Part shown: positions 20,276 to 30,273 of the stretch, piece by piece | How the letters are laid out: each line of letters begins with the position of its first letter | Position numbering within the stretch: position 1 is the first letter of the stretch | Position numbers and translations under genes: made by a program | The notes under the pieces: model-generated | Told to the model about the DNA's origin: nothing | Databases searched by the model: none | What the model saw: the letters and a program-made list of their open reading frames with translations, nothing else | Source: an uncultured Actinomycetes bacterium | Lineage (GTDB): Bacteria; Actinomycetota; Thermoleophilia; UBA2241 | DNA: 64,000 nt | Assembly (NCBI GenBank): GCA_963709345.1 | Contig: CAVPVX010000004.1 | Span: 128,001-192,000 of the forward strand | Direction: 5' to 3'

Positions 20276-21340
20276 ATGCACATGGCCGATGCCTTGATCT
20301 CACCCGCCGTCGGCGGCGCGATGTGGATCGCCGCGGGTGTCGCGATCACCTACAGCGCTCGCAAGGTGCGGAATGAGCTCGACGAGAGCAAGATCCCGCT
20401 GATGGGCGTCGCCGGCGCCTTCGTCTTCGCCGCACAGATGCTCAACTTCACGATCCCCGGCACCGGCTCGAGCGGGCACTTGGTCGGAGCGCTTCTTCTG
20501 GCGATCCTGTTAGGGAGGAACGCCGCCCTGATCGTCATGGCGTCCATCCTGGCCGTACAGGCGTTGTTCTTCGCCGACGGGGGTCTCCTGGCGCTCGGCT
20601 GCAACATCGTGAACATGGGCGTCATCCCGATCTTCATCGCCTACCCTCTGATCTACCGCAGGATCGTCGGCGTCGGCGCTCCGCCGTCGCGTGGACGCAT
20701 CGTCGTCGGCGCCGTCCTGGCCTCGGTGATCGGCCTGCAACTCGGCGCCTTCGCGGTCGTGCTCCAGACGACCGTCTCCGGCATCACCGAGCTGCCGTTC
20801 TCCACGTTCCTCGTCATGATGCTGCCGATCCACCTGGCCATCGGAGCCATCGAGGGTGTCGTCACCGCCGTCGTGGTGCTGTTCGTGCTCCAGGCGCAAC
20901 CCGAGATCCTGGCTCGCAGCGCCGCAAGCAAGCCTATGCACGGGGTGCGCATCAAGCCGGTGGTCATCGGGCTCGCCGTCGCCGCCGTGGTGGCCGCCGT
21001 GGCCCTCTCCTGGTTCGCGTCCACCTACTCCGACGGCCTCGAGTGGTCGATCGCCAGGGTCACCGGCACCGAAGAGGCGTTGCCCGCCGACTCGTCGGTC
21101 CAGGCGGCGGCCGCCCAGGTGCAGGAGGGTACGGCCTTCCTCCCCGACTACGGGTTCAGGCAGAGTGAGACTGCCGTCGACGAAGCTGCGGTCGAGGACG
21201 AGCCCGCCTGGCCGGCGGTCGACGCCGGGACGAGCGTGGCCGGCCTGGTCGGCGGAGCGCTCGTCGCCGGGATCGTCTTCCTGATCGGCTTCGTGCTGTA
21301 CCGGCGCTCGACGGTGCGGCGCGCCAAGGCCGGCGCGTAG
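20276..21340 (+). CDS. Ni/Co ECF substrate component NikMN/CbiMN fusion
   Basis: N-terminal MHMAD, AFVFAAQMLNF, GSSGH; C-terminal PDGLE-like (SDGLEW) domain. Confidence 0.92.
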   Translation: MHMADALISPAVGGAMWIAAGVAITYSARKVRNELDESKIPLMGVAGAFVFAAQMLNFTIPGTGSSGHLVGALLLAILLGRNAALIVMASILAVQALFFADGGLLALGCNIVNMGVIPIFIAYPLIYRRIVGVGAPPSRGRIVVGAVLASVIGLQLGAFAVVLQTTVSGITELPFSTFLVMMLPIHLAIGAIEGVVTAVVVLFVLQAQPEILARSAASKPMHGVRIKPVVIGLAVAAVVAAVALSWFASTYSDGLEWSIARVTGTEEALPADSSVQAAAAQVQEGTAFLPDYGFRQSETAVDEAAVEDEPAWPAVDAGTSVAGLVGGALVAGIVFLIGFVLYRRSTVRRAKAGA

Positions 21341-21346
21341 AAGGGT

Positions 21347-21381
21347 GAGGTGGCGGCCGCCGGCCGCGTGGCCGCCGCCTC
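21347..21381 (+). terminator. GC-rich hairpin after nikMN
   Basis: GAGGTGGCGGCC...GGCCGCCGCCTC; only a short U tail. Confidence 0.4.
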
Positions 21382-21451
21382 TTCACGACGCCCCTCACAT
21401 GCGTGAGCCCGGCATGCGTGCGCCGGGCTGCGATCGGGTAGGGACCCACGC

Positions 21452-22420
21452 ATGAGAGCATTCGTGACAGGCGGCACCGGATTCCTCGGCTCCGCAGTGG
21501 TACGGCGACTGGTCGAGCGCGGGGTCGAGGTCGAGGCGCTGGCGCGTTCGGCCGGGGCGGCTGCGCAGCTGACCCGCCTGGGAGCGCGTCCTGTGCGCGG
21601 CAGCGTGACCGACTTCGATGCGCTTCACGTCTCCGTGCGCGGCGCCGACGCCGTCTATCACATCGCCGGGATGTACCGTATCGGAATCAGGGACTCCGAC
21701 CACGAGGCGATGTTCCAGGCCAACGTGGACGGCACGACGCTCGTGCTCGACGCTGCTGTGGCCGCCTCCGTCCCGCGCATCGTCTATGTCTCCACGGTCA
21801 ACGTGTTCGGCAACACGCGAGGCAAGGTCGTGGACGAGACCTACCAGCGGCCGGACCGTGCCTTCATGAGCTACTACGACGCGACCAAGTACCTGGCCCA
21901 CGGCGTTGCGGTGTCGCGCGCCGCGGCCGGCGCGCCGCTCGTCATCGTGCAGCCAGGATCCGTCTACGGGCCGGGCGATCACAGCGAGATCGGCGCCCAG
22001 ATCGAGCAAGTGCGCCGCGGCAAGTATCGAGTCAAGATGTTCCCGGAGCTGGGTGTCACCATGAGCTACATAGACGACGTCGCGGAGGGGATGATCCTTG
22101 CGGGGGAGAAGGGGCGCGCCGGGGAGTCCTACGTGCTCGGCGGCGAAGTGACGCGGCTGAGCCTGTTGCTCGACATGGTCGCGGACCTCACCGGGAACCG
22201 CCGGCCTCGGGTCACGGTGCCGCCGCCGGCGATCCGCGCCCTGGTGCCGCTGGGGCGGATGATCGGGCCGCTTGTAGGCGTTGGGCCCAATCTCCGCGAA
22301 ACGGTCCACGCCAGCGACGGCGTGACGTACTGGGCGTCGAGCGGCAAGGCCGAACGCGAGCTCGGCTACGCGCCACGTGGTCTCGACCGGGGGCTACGCG
22401 ACCTGCTCGCCGCGACCTGA
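21452..22420 (+). CDS. NAD-dependent epimerase/dehydratase (extended SDR)
   Basis: VTGGTGFLG, YDATK (YxxxK), PGSVYGPGD. Confidence 0.92.
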   Translation: MRAFVTGGTGFLGSAVVRRLVERGVEVEALARSAGAAAQLTRLGARPVRGSVTDFDALHVSVRGADAVYHIAGMYRIGIRDSDHEAMFQANVDGTTLVLDAAVAASVPRIVYVSTVNVFGNTRGKVVDETYQRPDRAFMSYYDATKYLAHGVAVSRAAAGAPLVIVQPGSVYGPGDHSEIGAQIEQVRRGKYRVKMFPELGVTMSYIDDVAEGMILAGEKGRAGESYVLGGEVTRLSLLLDMVADLTGNRRPRVTVPPPAIRALVPLGRMIGPLVGVGPNLRETVHASDGVTYWASSGKAERELGYAPRGLDRGLRDLLAAT

Positions 22421-22478
22421 CCCACCACGGACGGCGTGTGGACGCGCGGGCGGCGCGGGTTCAGGCCGCCCCCCGGCG

Positions 22479-22745
22479 CTACCTGCGGCGCGGGAGCGAC
22501 GCTGCCGACCAGCCCACCGCGAGCACGGCGACGATCGCCAGACGAACGCCGAGCGACCAGTCCGTCTGCCACACCCAGAGCCCGACCATCCACGGCAGAA
22601 AGACGATCCAGACGACGATCTGGAACGGCCAGGCGAGGTCGCGCGTCCACTGCCAGGTGTCGTTCAGCGTCTCGGGTGAGGCAAAGGCCAGGGCGATGAA
22701 GAGGCCCCACAGGCCGACCATGATGATGAAGAACAGACGTTTCAC
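22479..22745 (-). CDS. Small membrane protein
   Basis: Three hydrophobic Trp-rich segments; translationally coupled to the tetR gene. Confidence 0.65.
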   Translation of the reverse strand: MKRLFFIIMVGLWGLFIALAFASPETLNDTWQWTRDLAWPFQIVVWIVFLPWMVGLWVWQTDWSLGVRLAIVAVLAVGWSAASLPRRR

Positions 22746-23353
22746 GGCTGCAGCTGAAGCCCCGTCTCAAGGCGCGCCAGGGTGGCGTCGAGGACGTCGA
22801 GCATCGCGGGGAACTCAACGTCCTCGAACGTCAGGTAGGCGCCCATGAGGGCTCCGACGAGGGCGCCGGCAAAAGTCCGGACGGCGGGCTCCTCGGCCGA
22901 CCGGCCCGTCCGCGCCGCCGTGATGCTCGCCATCAGCGTGATGGCCTCTGCGAACATACTGAGCGCGCGCAGACGGAGCTCGGGGACCGAGCGTATGAGC
23001 GCCTGGCGCTCGCGCTCGCGCGCCATCTGCTCCCGCGAGAGGCCCGAGTACACTTCGCGCAGCGTGTGTCGGAGTGCTTCGATGACGGTGAGATCGGACG
23101 GCTGTCGCTCCAGGAGGCTGAGCATGAGCGGGTCGGTGGCGTCGAACAGCACGACGTCTTCCTTGGTCGGGAAGTACCGGAAGAACGTGCTCGGCGAGAC
23201 CTCCGCGGCCGCGGCGATCTGCTCGACGGTCGTCCCGGCGTAGCCCTGCCGGCGAAAGAGGCGCAGGGCATGCTCCTGGATCGAGGCGCGCGTCTTGACC
23301 TTCTTTCGCTCGCGCAGCCCCAGGGGCGGATCAGTCGAGTGCGATTGCGCCAT
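22742..23353 (-). CDS. TetR family regulator
   Basis: GLRERKK.KTR...GY..TTVEQIA.AAEVSPSTFFRYFPTKED. Confidence 0.95.
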   Translation of the reverse strand: MAQSHSTDPPLGLRERKKVKTRASIQEHALRLFRRQGYAGTTVEQIAAAAEVSPSTFFRYFPTKEDVVLFDATDPLMLSLLERQPSDLTVIEALRHTLREVYSGLSREQMARERERQALIRSVPELRLRALSMFAEAITLMASITAARTGRSAEEPAVRTFAGALVGALMGAYLTFEDVEFPAMLDVLDATLARLETGLQLQP

Positions 23354-24938
23354 GGCCGGATTCTACTTCACCGGGGCCGCTTCGGTCGCCGGCGGACTGC
23401 GCCCCAGGCGCCGCGTCCTCCTGTCGGCTCCGATCCGTCCGCCTCTGGTCGTCTGCGGCCGGGTGTCTCCCGGGCATGAACAGGAGGGCGAGCGCGACGC
23501 CGGCCGCGGCCACGATCGCGCCGGCGAGAAGCGCCGCGTGGATGCCGTCGAGGAACGCCAGCCGCACACCCTCGAGCACTTCCGGGGAGCCGAGCCGCCG
23601 GGCCACCGCGACGCCGGTGGAGACGCCCTCGCTCACGGCTTCCGAGGCTTCCTCAGGGAGCGCCATCGTGTCCAGGCCGGCCCGGTAGACGGCGTTCAGC
23701 AGTGAGCCGGTGATCGCCGCGCCGAACGCTCCGCCGACCATGCGCAGCGACTGGATGAGCCCCGATCCGACACCGGCGTGCTCGGGCGAGAGCGCGCCGA
23801 GCGCGGTGTCCGTCGTCGTCGGGATAGCCAGACCCATTCCGAAGCCGCAGACCGCGAGCCACGTCATGGCGAACCCATCCGAGCTGGACGCGCTCGTGGT
23901 GCTTCCCGCCACAAGCCCGGCCGCGATGAAGGCGAAGCCCAGCGCGACGACCGGCTTGACGCCTGCGCGCCGAGCCAATCTGGTCGCCAGGATCGCTCCG
24001 GCGAGCAGACCGCCGATCATCGGCAACTGCCGCACGCCGTTGCCCAGCGCGTCCAGCCCGAGCACGTCCTGGAAGTAGAGCGGCGTCGCGAAGAGCACGC
24101 CCATCATCGCGAAGGAGACGAGCGTGGCGAGCGCGGTGCCCCAGCAGAAGCGCGGCGAGCGGAACAGCCGCATGTCGATGAGAGGGGAGCGCACGCGCCG
24201 CTCCCAGAGCGCGAAGGCCGCGAGGACGGCGCCGCCCGCGGCCAGCGTCACGATCGCCGCGGGGTCGGTCCACCCGTGCCGGCCCGCGGCGATGACGCCG
24301 TACGTGACGCCGGCGAGACCGGCGCTCGAGAGGATCATGCCGAGCGGGTCGAAGCGGGGTCGCGTCTGGCTGCGCGACTCCGGGACGAGGACGGCGCCGG
24401 CGACGAGCGCCACGAGCACGACGGGCACGTTGATCACGAAGACCGATCCCCACCAGAACGTCGTGAGAAGCCAGCCTCCGAGGAGGGGGCCGACGGGCTG
24501 GCCGATGATGGAGGCGGCCATGATCGCCGCGACCGCCTTTGGCCGATCGGCAGAGGAGAACAGGGCGGGGATGGCTCCGAGGGCCGCGGGGACTATCATC
24601 GCGGCGCCCAGTCCGAGAGCCACCCGAGCGGCGAGGAACTCCGTGGCCGTCGTCGAGTACGCGCAGGCGAGCGAGCTCACGCCGAGGATGAACAGCGCGA
24701 GCAGCAGCAGCTTCTTGCGGCCGTACCTGTCGCCGAGCATGCCGGCGGGGATCATCGCGGCGGCGAACACGAGCAGGTAGGCAGAGACGAACCACTGCAG
24801 CTGGGACGTCGAGGCGTCGAGGCTCACGGCGAGGGTCGGGAGGGCCAAGCCGAGCACGGTCGCGTCGATGCCGACCACGAGGACGGCGGGCACCATGGCG
24901 GCGAGGGCCCACCAGCGGCGGGAGGTCGGGACGTTCAT
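23331..24938 (-). CDS. MFS drug:H+ antiporter, DHA2 (14-TM)
   Basis: D.TVL.LALP, LGDRYGRKK, WWGSVFVINVP. Confidence 0.93.
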   Translation of the reverse strand: MNVPTSRRWWALAAMVPAVLVVGIDATVLGLALPTLAVSLDASTSQLQWFVSAYLLVFAAAMIPAGMLGDRYGRKKLLLLALFILGVSSLACAYSTTATEFLAARVALGLGAAMIVPAALGAIPALFSSADRPKAVAAIMAASIIGQPVGPLLGGWLLTTFWWGSVFVINVPVVLVALVAGAVLVPESRSQTRPRFDPLGMILSSAGLAGVTYGVIAAGRHGWTDPAAIVTLAAGGAVLAAFALWERRVRSPLIDMRLFRSPRFCWGTALATLVSFAMMGVLFATPLYFQDVLGLDALGNGVRQLPMIGGLLAGAILATRLARRAGVKPVVALGFAFIAAGLVAGSTTSASSSDGFAMTWLAVCGFGMGLAIPTTTDTALGALSPEHAGVGSGLIQSLRMVGGAFGAAITGSLLNAVYRAGLDTMALPEEASEAVSEGVSTGVAVARRLGSPEVLEGVRLAFLDGIHAALLAGAIVAAAGVALALLFMPGRHPAADDQRRTDRSRQEDAAPGAQSAGDRSGPGEVESGHGAIALD

Positions 24939-24950
24939 GACAGCACCATC

Positions 24951-24977
24951 CTTTCAGTAGCTACATGCTACTGAAAG
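24951..24977. promoter_or_regulatory. Putative TetR operator
   Basis: Perfect 11-bp inverted repeat CTTTCAGTAGC-N5-GCTACTGAAAG, 12 bp upstream of the MFS start; minus-strand TTGACA at 25004-24999. Confidence 0.8.
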
Positions 24978-25017
24978 TGTCTATCAAAAACGTGTAACTG
25001 TCAATGGATGGATGCCG

Positions 25018-25965
25018 TTACGTCAATCCGTCACCGGCCGGACGGTGGGCTCCTCGCCAGGCGCGGCGGCGCCGCGCCGGCCCTGCGAGGAGCCCGTGCG
25101 CGGCGAGCACCGCGAGCGCGGCGACGATCAGGATCATGCCGACACCCTCGACGAGCGTCGGCACCTCCCCCAGTTGCAGCCAGGCGGCGCCGACGCCCAC
25201 GACGGGGATCGCGAGCGTCCCCAGGCCCGCTGCGCCGGCCGGCAGCGCGTGCAGCGCATAGAGCCAGAGGAACCAGGCTACGGCGTTCGCGAGGATCACC
25301 GTGTAGGCGAGCCCCCAGACGAAGCCGAAGGTCCACTGGGGCGCGCCGCCGTAGGTGATCACGGCCGCGATGATGAGGGGCACGGAGCCGAAGGCCATCT
25401 GCCAGGTGGTCAGCGAGAGCACGTCCACCGTGTGCCGTCGCTGCAGGAGCTTGACCACGAGGGCAGCGGCTGCCCACGAGAGTCCTCCGAGGACGGTGAG
25501 CACGCCGGCCGTCGTTCCCTCGAACCGCCAGGGGCTGACGACCAGCACGAGACCGATGAATGAGAGGCAGACGGCGAACCACTGCGCGCCGCGCAGGCGC
25601 TCGCCGAGGAAGACCCACGCCAGCAGCAGCAGCCAGAAGGGCATGGTGTAGGTGAGCACCGAGACCTTGCCGGCGCCGGCGCTGCTGAGCGCCGTGATCA
25701 CGAGGCCGACGAAGAGCGTCGTCTGCAGCAGGCCGATGAGCATGGTGTAGCCGAGCGGCGGCGGCCGCAGGGGCCTCCGCAGCACGAGCATGACGATGAA
25801 GAGGCAGACGGCGCTCAGGGGGACGCGCAGCGCTGCGAACGTGAGCGCTTCCGAGTAGCCGAGCGCGACCTTCGTCGCGATCCAGCCGTAGCCCCAGATG
25901 GGGCCGAGCAGGACGAGGGCGAGCACCCCGAGGTCGCGCGGGTGCCTGGATGGCGGCGCGGGCAT
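25018..25965 (-). CDS. EamA/DMT family transporter
   Basis: IWGYGW..TK.AL, LTYTMPFW...FLGERL; duplicated EamA repeat. Confidence 0.9.
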   Translation of the reverse strand: MPAPPSRHPRDLGVLALVLLGPIWGYGWIATKVALGYSEALTFAALRVPLSAVCLFIVMLVLRRPLRPPPLGYTMLIGLLQTTLFVGLVITALSSAGAGKVSVLTYTMPFWLLLLAWVFLGERLRGAQWFAVCLSFIGLVLVVSPWRFEGTTAGVLTVLGGLSWAAAALVVKLLQRRHTVDVLSLTTWQMAFGSVPLIIAAVITYGGAPQWTFGFVWGLAYTVILANAVAWFLWLYALHALPAGAAGLGTLAIPVVGVGAAWLQLGEVPTLVEGVGMILIVAALAVLAAHGLLAGPARRRRAWRGAHRPAGDGLT

Positions 25966-26233
25966 GGGACAATGCTAGCCGACGCGCATCGGCTGTGCCG
26001 CGCCGGGACGGCGCGTCAGTCAGTGGCCGCATGCGCCGCCGATGTCCCACGGGCGCACGACCAGCACGAGGCCGGCAAAGGCGAGCGTGGCGGGCGCACC
26101 CTCGGCGGCGACCGAACGTGCTCCGTCGCAGCGCGCCGCTTGCGCCAACGGTTGCGCCCGCTCCTCCATCGGGGAGGATGATGTGCCGAGAGGAGCGTGC
26201 GGGGAGTCTGTAGCTGCGAGAGGGGGCACTGTC

Positions 26234-26902
26234 GTGAGCGAGCAAGACGGTTCGGTACGGCGTCCGGTGACTCTCGGAGTCTCACGTGATGCACTGGTAC
26301 TGGTTCTTCTGCTGGTGGCCGTCGCGCTCGGAATGGCCGCCTGCGGTGGCTCCGAGTCGTCCGGCGACGCGTCGGGAGGAGGCGATGGCGGGGACGAGGC
26401 CGCCCAGGCCGACAGCTTCCTGGCGGCTTGGCCGAAGGCGCAGGATTCCGTGGCCAAGCTGGCCGACGACGCCGTGCTTCTGTCGGCCGGCACGAGCGGG
26501 CTCGCGCTCGCCGACGTGCCGTCGTCGTGGAGCTTCATCCTCTACTCGCCCGGCACGAAGCGCATCTACTCGGTCGCGGTCGAGCACGGGACCGCGCAGG
26601 CCGCGCGAGACCTCGGCGGGGCGACCCAGGATACCGACGTGAGCGGGGCCATCGATGTCGAGTCGATCAAGGTCGGGGCCGCCGACGCGGTCGTCAAGGC
26701 GCGCGAGTTCGGCGAGAAGTCGGGCGAGGTGCCCATGAACGTGCTGGTCGGCGGCGCTTTCGTCGATCTGCCGGGCGCCGCCGACCTCAACGTGCGCAGC
26801 GGCGTATGGACCGTCACCTTCGCGACGGGCACCGACCTTGCCGACGCGCAGAAGTACGACGTCGACATGATGACCGGCGAGGTCACCGCCGTGAAGGACT
26901 AG
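26234..26902 (+). CDS. Hypothetical lipoprotein
   Basis: Hydrophobic stretch plus MAAC lipobox and Gly/Ser/Asp linker; C-terminal VD..TGEV is PepSY-like; start approximate. Confidence 0.7.
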   Translation: MSEQDGSVRRPVTLGVSRDALVLVLLLVAVALGMAACGGSESSGDASGGGDGGDEAAQADSFLAAWPKAQDSVAKLADDAVLLSAGTSGLALADVPSSWSFILYSPGTKRIYSVAVEHGTAQAARDLGGATQDTDVSGAIDVESIKVGAADAVVKAREFGEKSGEVPMNVLVGGAFVDLPGAADLNVRSGVWTVTFATGTDLADAQKYDVDMMTGEVTAVKD

Positions 26903-27021
26903 CGTCCGCGGCGGCTCGCCCGGCGCTGACGCAACGCTCGCGCCTGCTACCATCGCCCCCGGAGACCAGAGCGCGGTCGCGACACGTGGCCCGCGCCGTG
27001 AACGACCCGGGAGGCCGTCAG

Positions 27022-28465
27022 GTGGGCAACGAAGCGGAGTTCTACATCGACGGTCGCTGGACCGGGCCCGCCGAACCCGGCGAGACGTTCGCCGTGGTCG
27101 ACCCGTCGACCGAGGCGGAGGTGGCGCGGGTGGCCGCCGCCTCGGCAGCGGACGTGGACGCGGCGGTCGCGGCGGCCCACCGCGCCTTTCCGGCGTACAG
27201 CCGGACGACCCGGGACGAGCGCCTCGGAATGCTGGCGCGTCTGACCGAGGCGTACCGGCGCCGCATGCCGGCCATCGCGGCCGCGATGACGACGGAGGTG
27301 GGCATCCCGCGTGGCCTCGCCGAGGGCGGGCAGGTGCACGCCGGCATGACGCATCTGCGCACGGCCGCTGAGGCGCTCGCGGAGTACCCGCCGGCGGAGG
27401 ACCGGGGCACCACGCGCATCGTGCGCGAGCCTGTCGGCGTCTGTGCCCTGCTCGCTCCGTGGAATTGGCCGATGAACCAGGTGACGGCCAAGGTGGCGCC
27501 GGCGCTGGCCGCCGGCTGCACCATGGTCCTCAAGCCCAGCCGGCTCGCCCCGCTTTCGGCGCTGCTCTTCGCCGAGGCCGTCGAGGAGGCCGGCGTACCC
27601 GCCGGAGTGTTCAATCTGGTGAACGGCGCCGGATCTGAGCTCGGCCCCCTGCTTGCCGGGCACCCGCTCGTGGACATGGTGTCCATCACGGGGTCCACGG
27701 CCGTGGGCGCCGAGGTGGCTCATGCCGCCGCCGGCACCATCAAGCGCGTGTCCCAGGAGCTGGGCGGCAAGTCCGCCAACATCGTGTTCGAGGATGTCGA
27801 CGTGGACAGGATCGTGGCGCAGGGCGTGCTGGGGTGCATGCACAACTCCGGCCAGACGTGCAACGCGCCCACGCGGATGCTCGTCGCCGAGGCGGTGTAC
27901 GAGCGGGCGGTCGAGGTCGCGGCGCGCGCCGCCGACCTCCGTTGTCGTCGGCGAGCCGCGCGACCCCGCCACCTTCATGGGCCCGGTGGCCGGGCGCAAG
28001 CGATTCGACACCGTGCGTGAGTACATCGCGATCGGAGTGGACGAGGGCGCCCGGCTGGTCGCCGGGGGCCCGGACCGCCCCGCCGGCCTCGACAAGGGCT
28101 TCTACGTGCGACCGACGGTGTTCGCCGAGGTCACCCCGGATATGCGTGTCTTCCGGGAGGAGATCTTCGGACCGGTGCTCTGCATGCTGCCGTTCAGCGA
28201 CGAGGACCACGCCGTGGAGCTGGCGAACGGCACTGACTACGGTCTCTCCGGCTACGTGCAGTCGGCCGACCTGGAGCGTGCCCGGCGTGTGGCCGACCGT
28301 CTGCGCACCGGCATGGTGCACCTGAACGGGGCACCCACGGACGGCCGTGCCCCCTTCGGCGGCTACAAGCAGTCCGGCAACGGCCGCGAGTGGGGCCGCT
28401 TCGGGCTCGAGGACTACCTCGAGGTGAAGGCGGTGATGGGGTACCGCCCGCGCGCCTCCGGCTGA
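27022..28465 (+). CDS. Aldehyde dehydrogenase, frameshifted near 27935
   Basis: PWNWP, ELGGKS and GQTC in one frame; EEIFGP and PFGGYKQSG in another; apparent extra base at GACCTCC. Confidence 0.9.
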
Positions 28466-28559
28466 GCCTTCGGCGCTTCTGCCTTCCGCGCCCGCCCGGC
28501 TGTCCCGCCGCGCTATACTTGCGCCTTCATCGACCGAGCCGGCTCCGGGAGGCGCCCAC

Positions 28560-29486
28560 ATGGCACACGTGTACCCCAAGGCGTACTTCGGCGACGGTCT
28601 CGTGCCGACCGTGGACGCGACGCTGAGCATCACGAGCGCGGCCGTGCTCTACGGCCTCAGCGTGTACACGGTGCTGCCGGTCACGGTGACCCCGTCCGGG
28701 CAGGCGCTGGCCTTTCGTCTCGGTGATCACTACCGCAGGCTGGTCAACTCCGCGCGCATCATCGGCATCGACACTTTCGAGCCGGCGTGGAGCGAGGACC
28801 GCTTCGTCGCGGCGGTGCGGGAGATCGTGCTCGCCAACGAGGTGACGGAGGACGTCTTCGTTCGCGTGAGCGTGCACGCCGACGCGCAACTGCCGGGCAC
28901 GCGCTCGCGCGGCATCTCCACGGTGGTCAGCATGTTCGTCTACACGGCGGAGGCGATCCTGCCGCTGGACGGCGCGCGTCTGAAGACCAGTGTGTGGCGC
29001 CGCATCCCCGACTACGCGATCCCCTCGCGCGCCAAGGTCAACGGCGCCTACGTGAACTCGGTGCTGGCCAAGCAGGACGCCATCGACAGCGGCTACGACG
29101 ACTGCATCTTCCTCGACGCCGCCGGGCATGTGTGCGAGCTCAGCGCCGCCAACATCTTCATCGTTCGTGGCGGCGCCCTCATCACTCCCAGTACCGCCAG
29201 CGACCTGCTCGAGGGCATCAACCGGAGCACCGTGCTGCAGATCGCGGAGCGCTTCGGCCTGCCGGCCCACGAGCGCGAGGTGGACCTCACCGAGCTGTAC
29301 ATCGCCGACGAGGTCTTCGCCTGCGGCACCTCGACCTACGTGGCGCCGGTGATCGAGGTCGATGCGCGCGTCGTCAACGGCAACACCATCGGGCCCGTCA
29401 CCGCGCGGATCAGGGAGAAGTACGAGGCCGTGCTCCGCGGGCAGGATCCCGACTTCGAAGGGTTCGTCACGCGGTTGCGCGGCTGA
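28560..29486 (+). CDS. ilvE: Class IV (branched-chain-type) aminotransferase
   Basis: RAKVNGAYVNS (PLP Lys), E.SAANIF, LEGINR, ADEVF.CGT. Confidence 0.8.
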   Translation: MAHVYPKAYFGDGLVPTVDATLSITSAAVLYGLSVYTVLPVTVTPSGQALAFRLGDHYRRLVNSARIIGIDTFEPAWSEDRFVAAVREIVLANEVTEDVFVRVSVHADAQLPGTRSRGISTVVSMFVYTAEAILPLDGARLKTSVWRRIPDYAIPSRAKVNGAYVNSVLAKQDAIDSGYDDCIFLDAAGHVCELSAANIFIVRGGALITPSTASDLLEGINRSTVLQIAERFGLPAHEREVDLTELYIADEVFACGTSTYVAPVIEVDARVVNGNTIGPVTARIREKYEAVLRGQDPDFEGFVTRLRG

Positions 29487-29666
29487 GGCGCGGGCGCGGG
29501 CAGGATGGCCTGCGCCTCCCGCTTCGCCCTTCGGTCAGTCCACCGCGCGCGTCTGGACGGCCTCCTCCAGCGTCCCCCTGAGTTCGTCCCAGTCGCCGGC
29601 CACCGCTTGCGTCTCGATGTCGAACTCGTTCGAGCATGCTCTCGCATGATGGGATAGGATGCCGTC

Positions 29667-30191
29667 ATGACTGTGAGCAGCTTCGAGGGCAAGACGCCGG
29701 AGGTCGGCGAGGGCTCCTGGATCCACCCGTCGGCGGACGTGATCGGCGACGTCAAGCTCGGCGCCCAGTGCTGGGTCGGGCCCGGCGCCCGCATCCGCGG
29801 CGACTATGGCTCCATAGTCATCGGCGACCACTGTGCCATCGAGGACAACTGCGTCATCCACGCGCGCCCCGGCGAGGTCTGCACGATCGGCTCCTGGGTC
29901 ACCATGGGGCACGGCTGCGTCGTGCACAGCGTGCTCATGCTCGGCGACTACACCGTGGTCGGCATGAACGCGGTGGTGAGCGACTGGGCCGACGTCGGCG
30001 AGTGGGGCATGATCGCCGAAGGCTCGGTCGTGACGCAGAGTACTGTGGTGCCGGCGTCACGAGTCGTCGCCGGCGTCCCCGCCCGTCTGCTCGACCGCGC
30101 CGTCGACCAGGAGTACAAGGACGCCTGGCTCGGCTTCAAGAAGACCTACGTCGGCCTCTGCGACCGCTACCGCGCGGGTTACGGGACCTGA
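29667..30191 (+). CDS. Gamma-carbonic-anhydrase family hexapeptide-repeat protein
   Basis: IGDV.LG, IRGD, EDNCVIH, GHGCVVH, GVPAR. Confidence 0.9.
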   Translation: MTVSSFEGKTPEVGEGSWIHPSADVIGDVKLGAQCWVGPGARIRGDYGSIVIGDHCAIEDNCVIHARPGEVCTIGSWVTMGHGCVVHSVLMLGDYTVVGMNAVVSDWADVGEWGMIAEGSVVTQSTVVPASRVVAGVPARLLDRAVDQEYKDAWLGFKKTYVGLCDRYRAGYGT

Positions 30192-30273
30192 CGGTCCGCG
30201 CGCGGTCTCTTCGCACGCTCCTCGCGAGCACGTCGAGTCCGGAGGAGGCAGCCGAGTGGGTACCGGACCAGAC

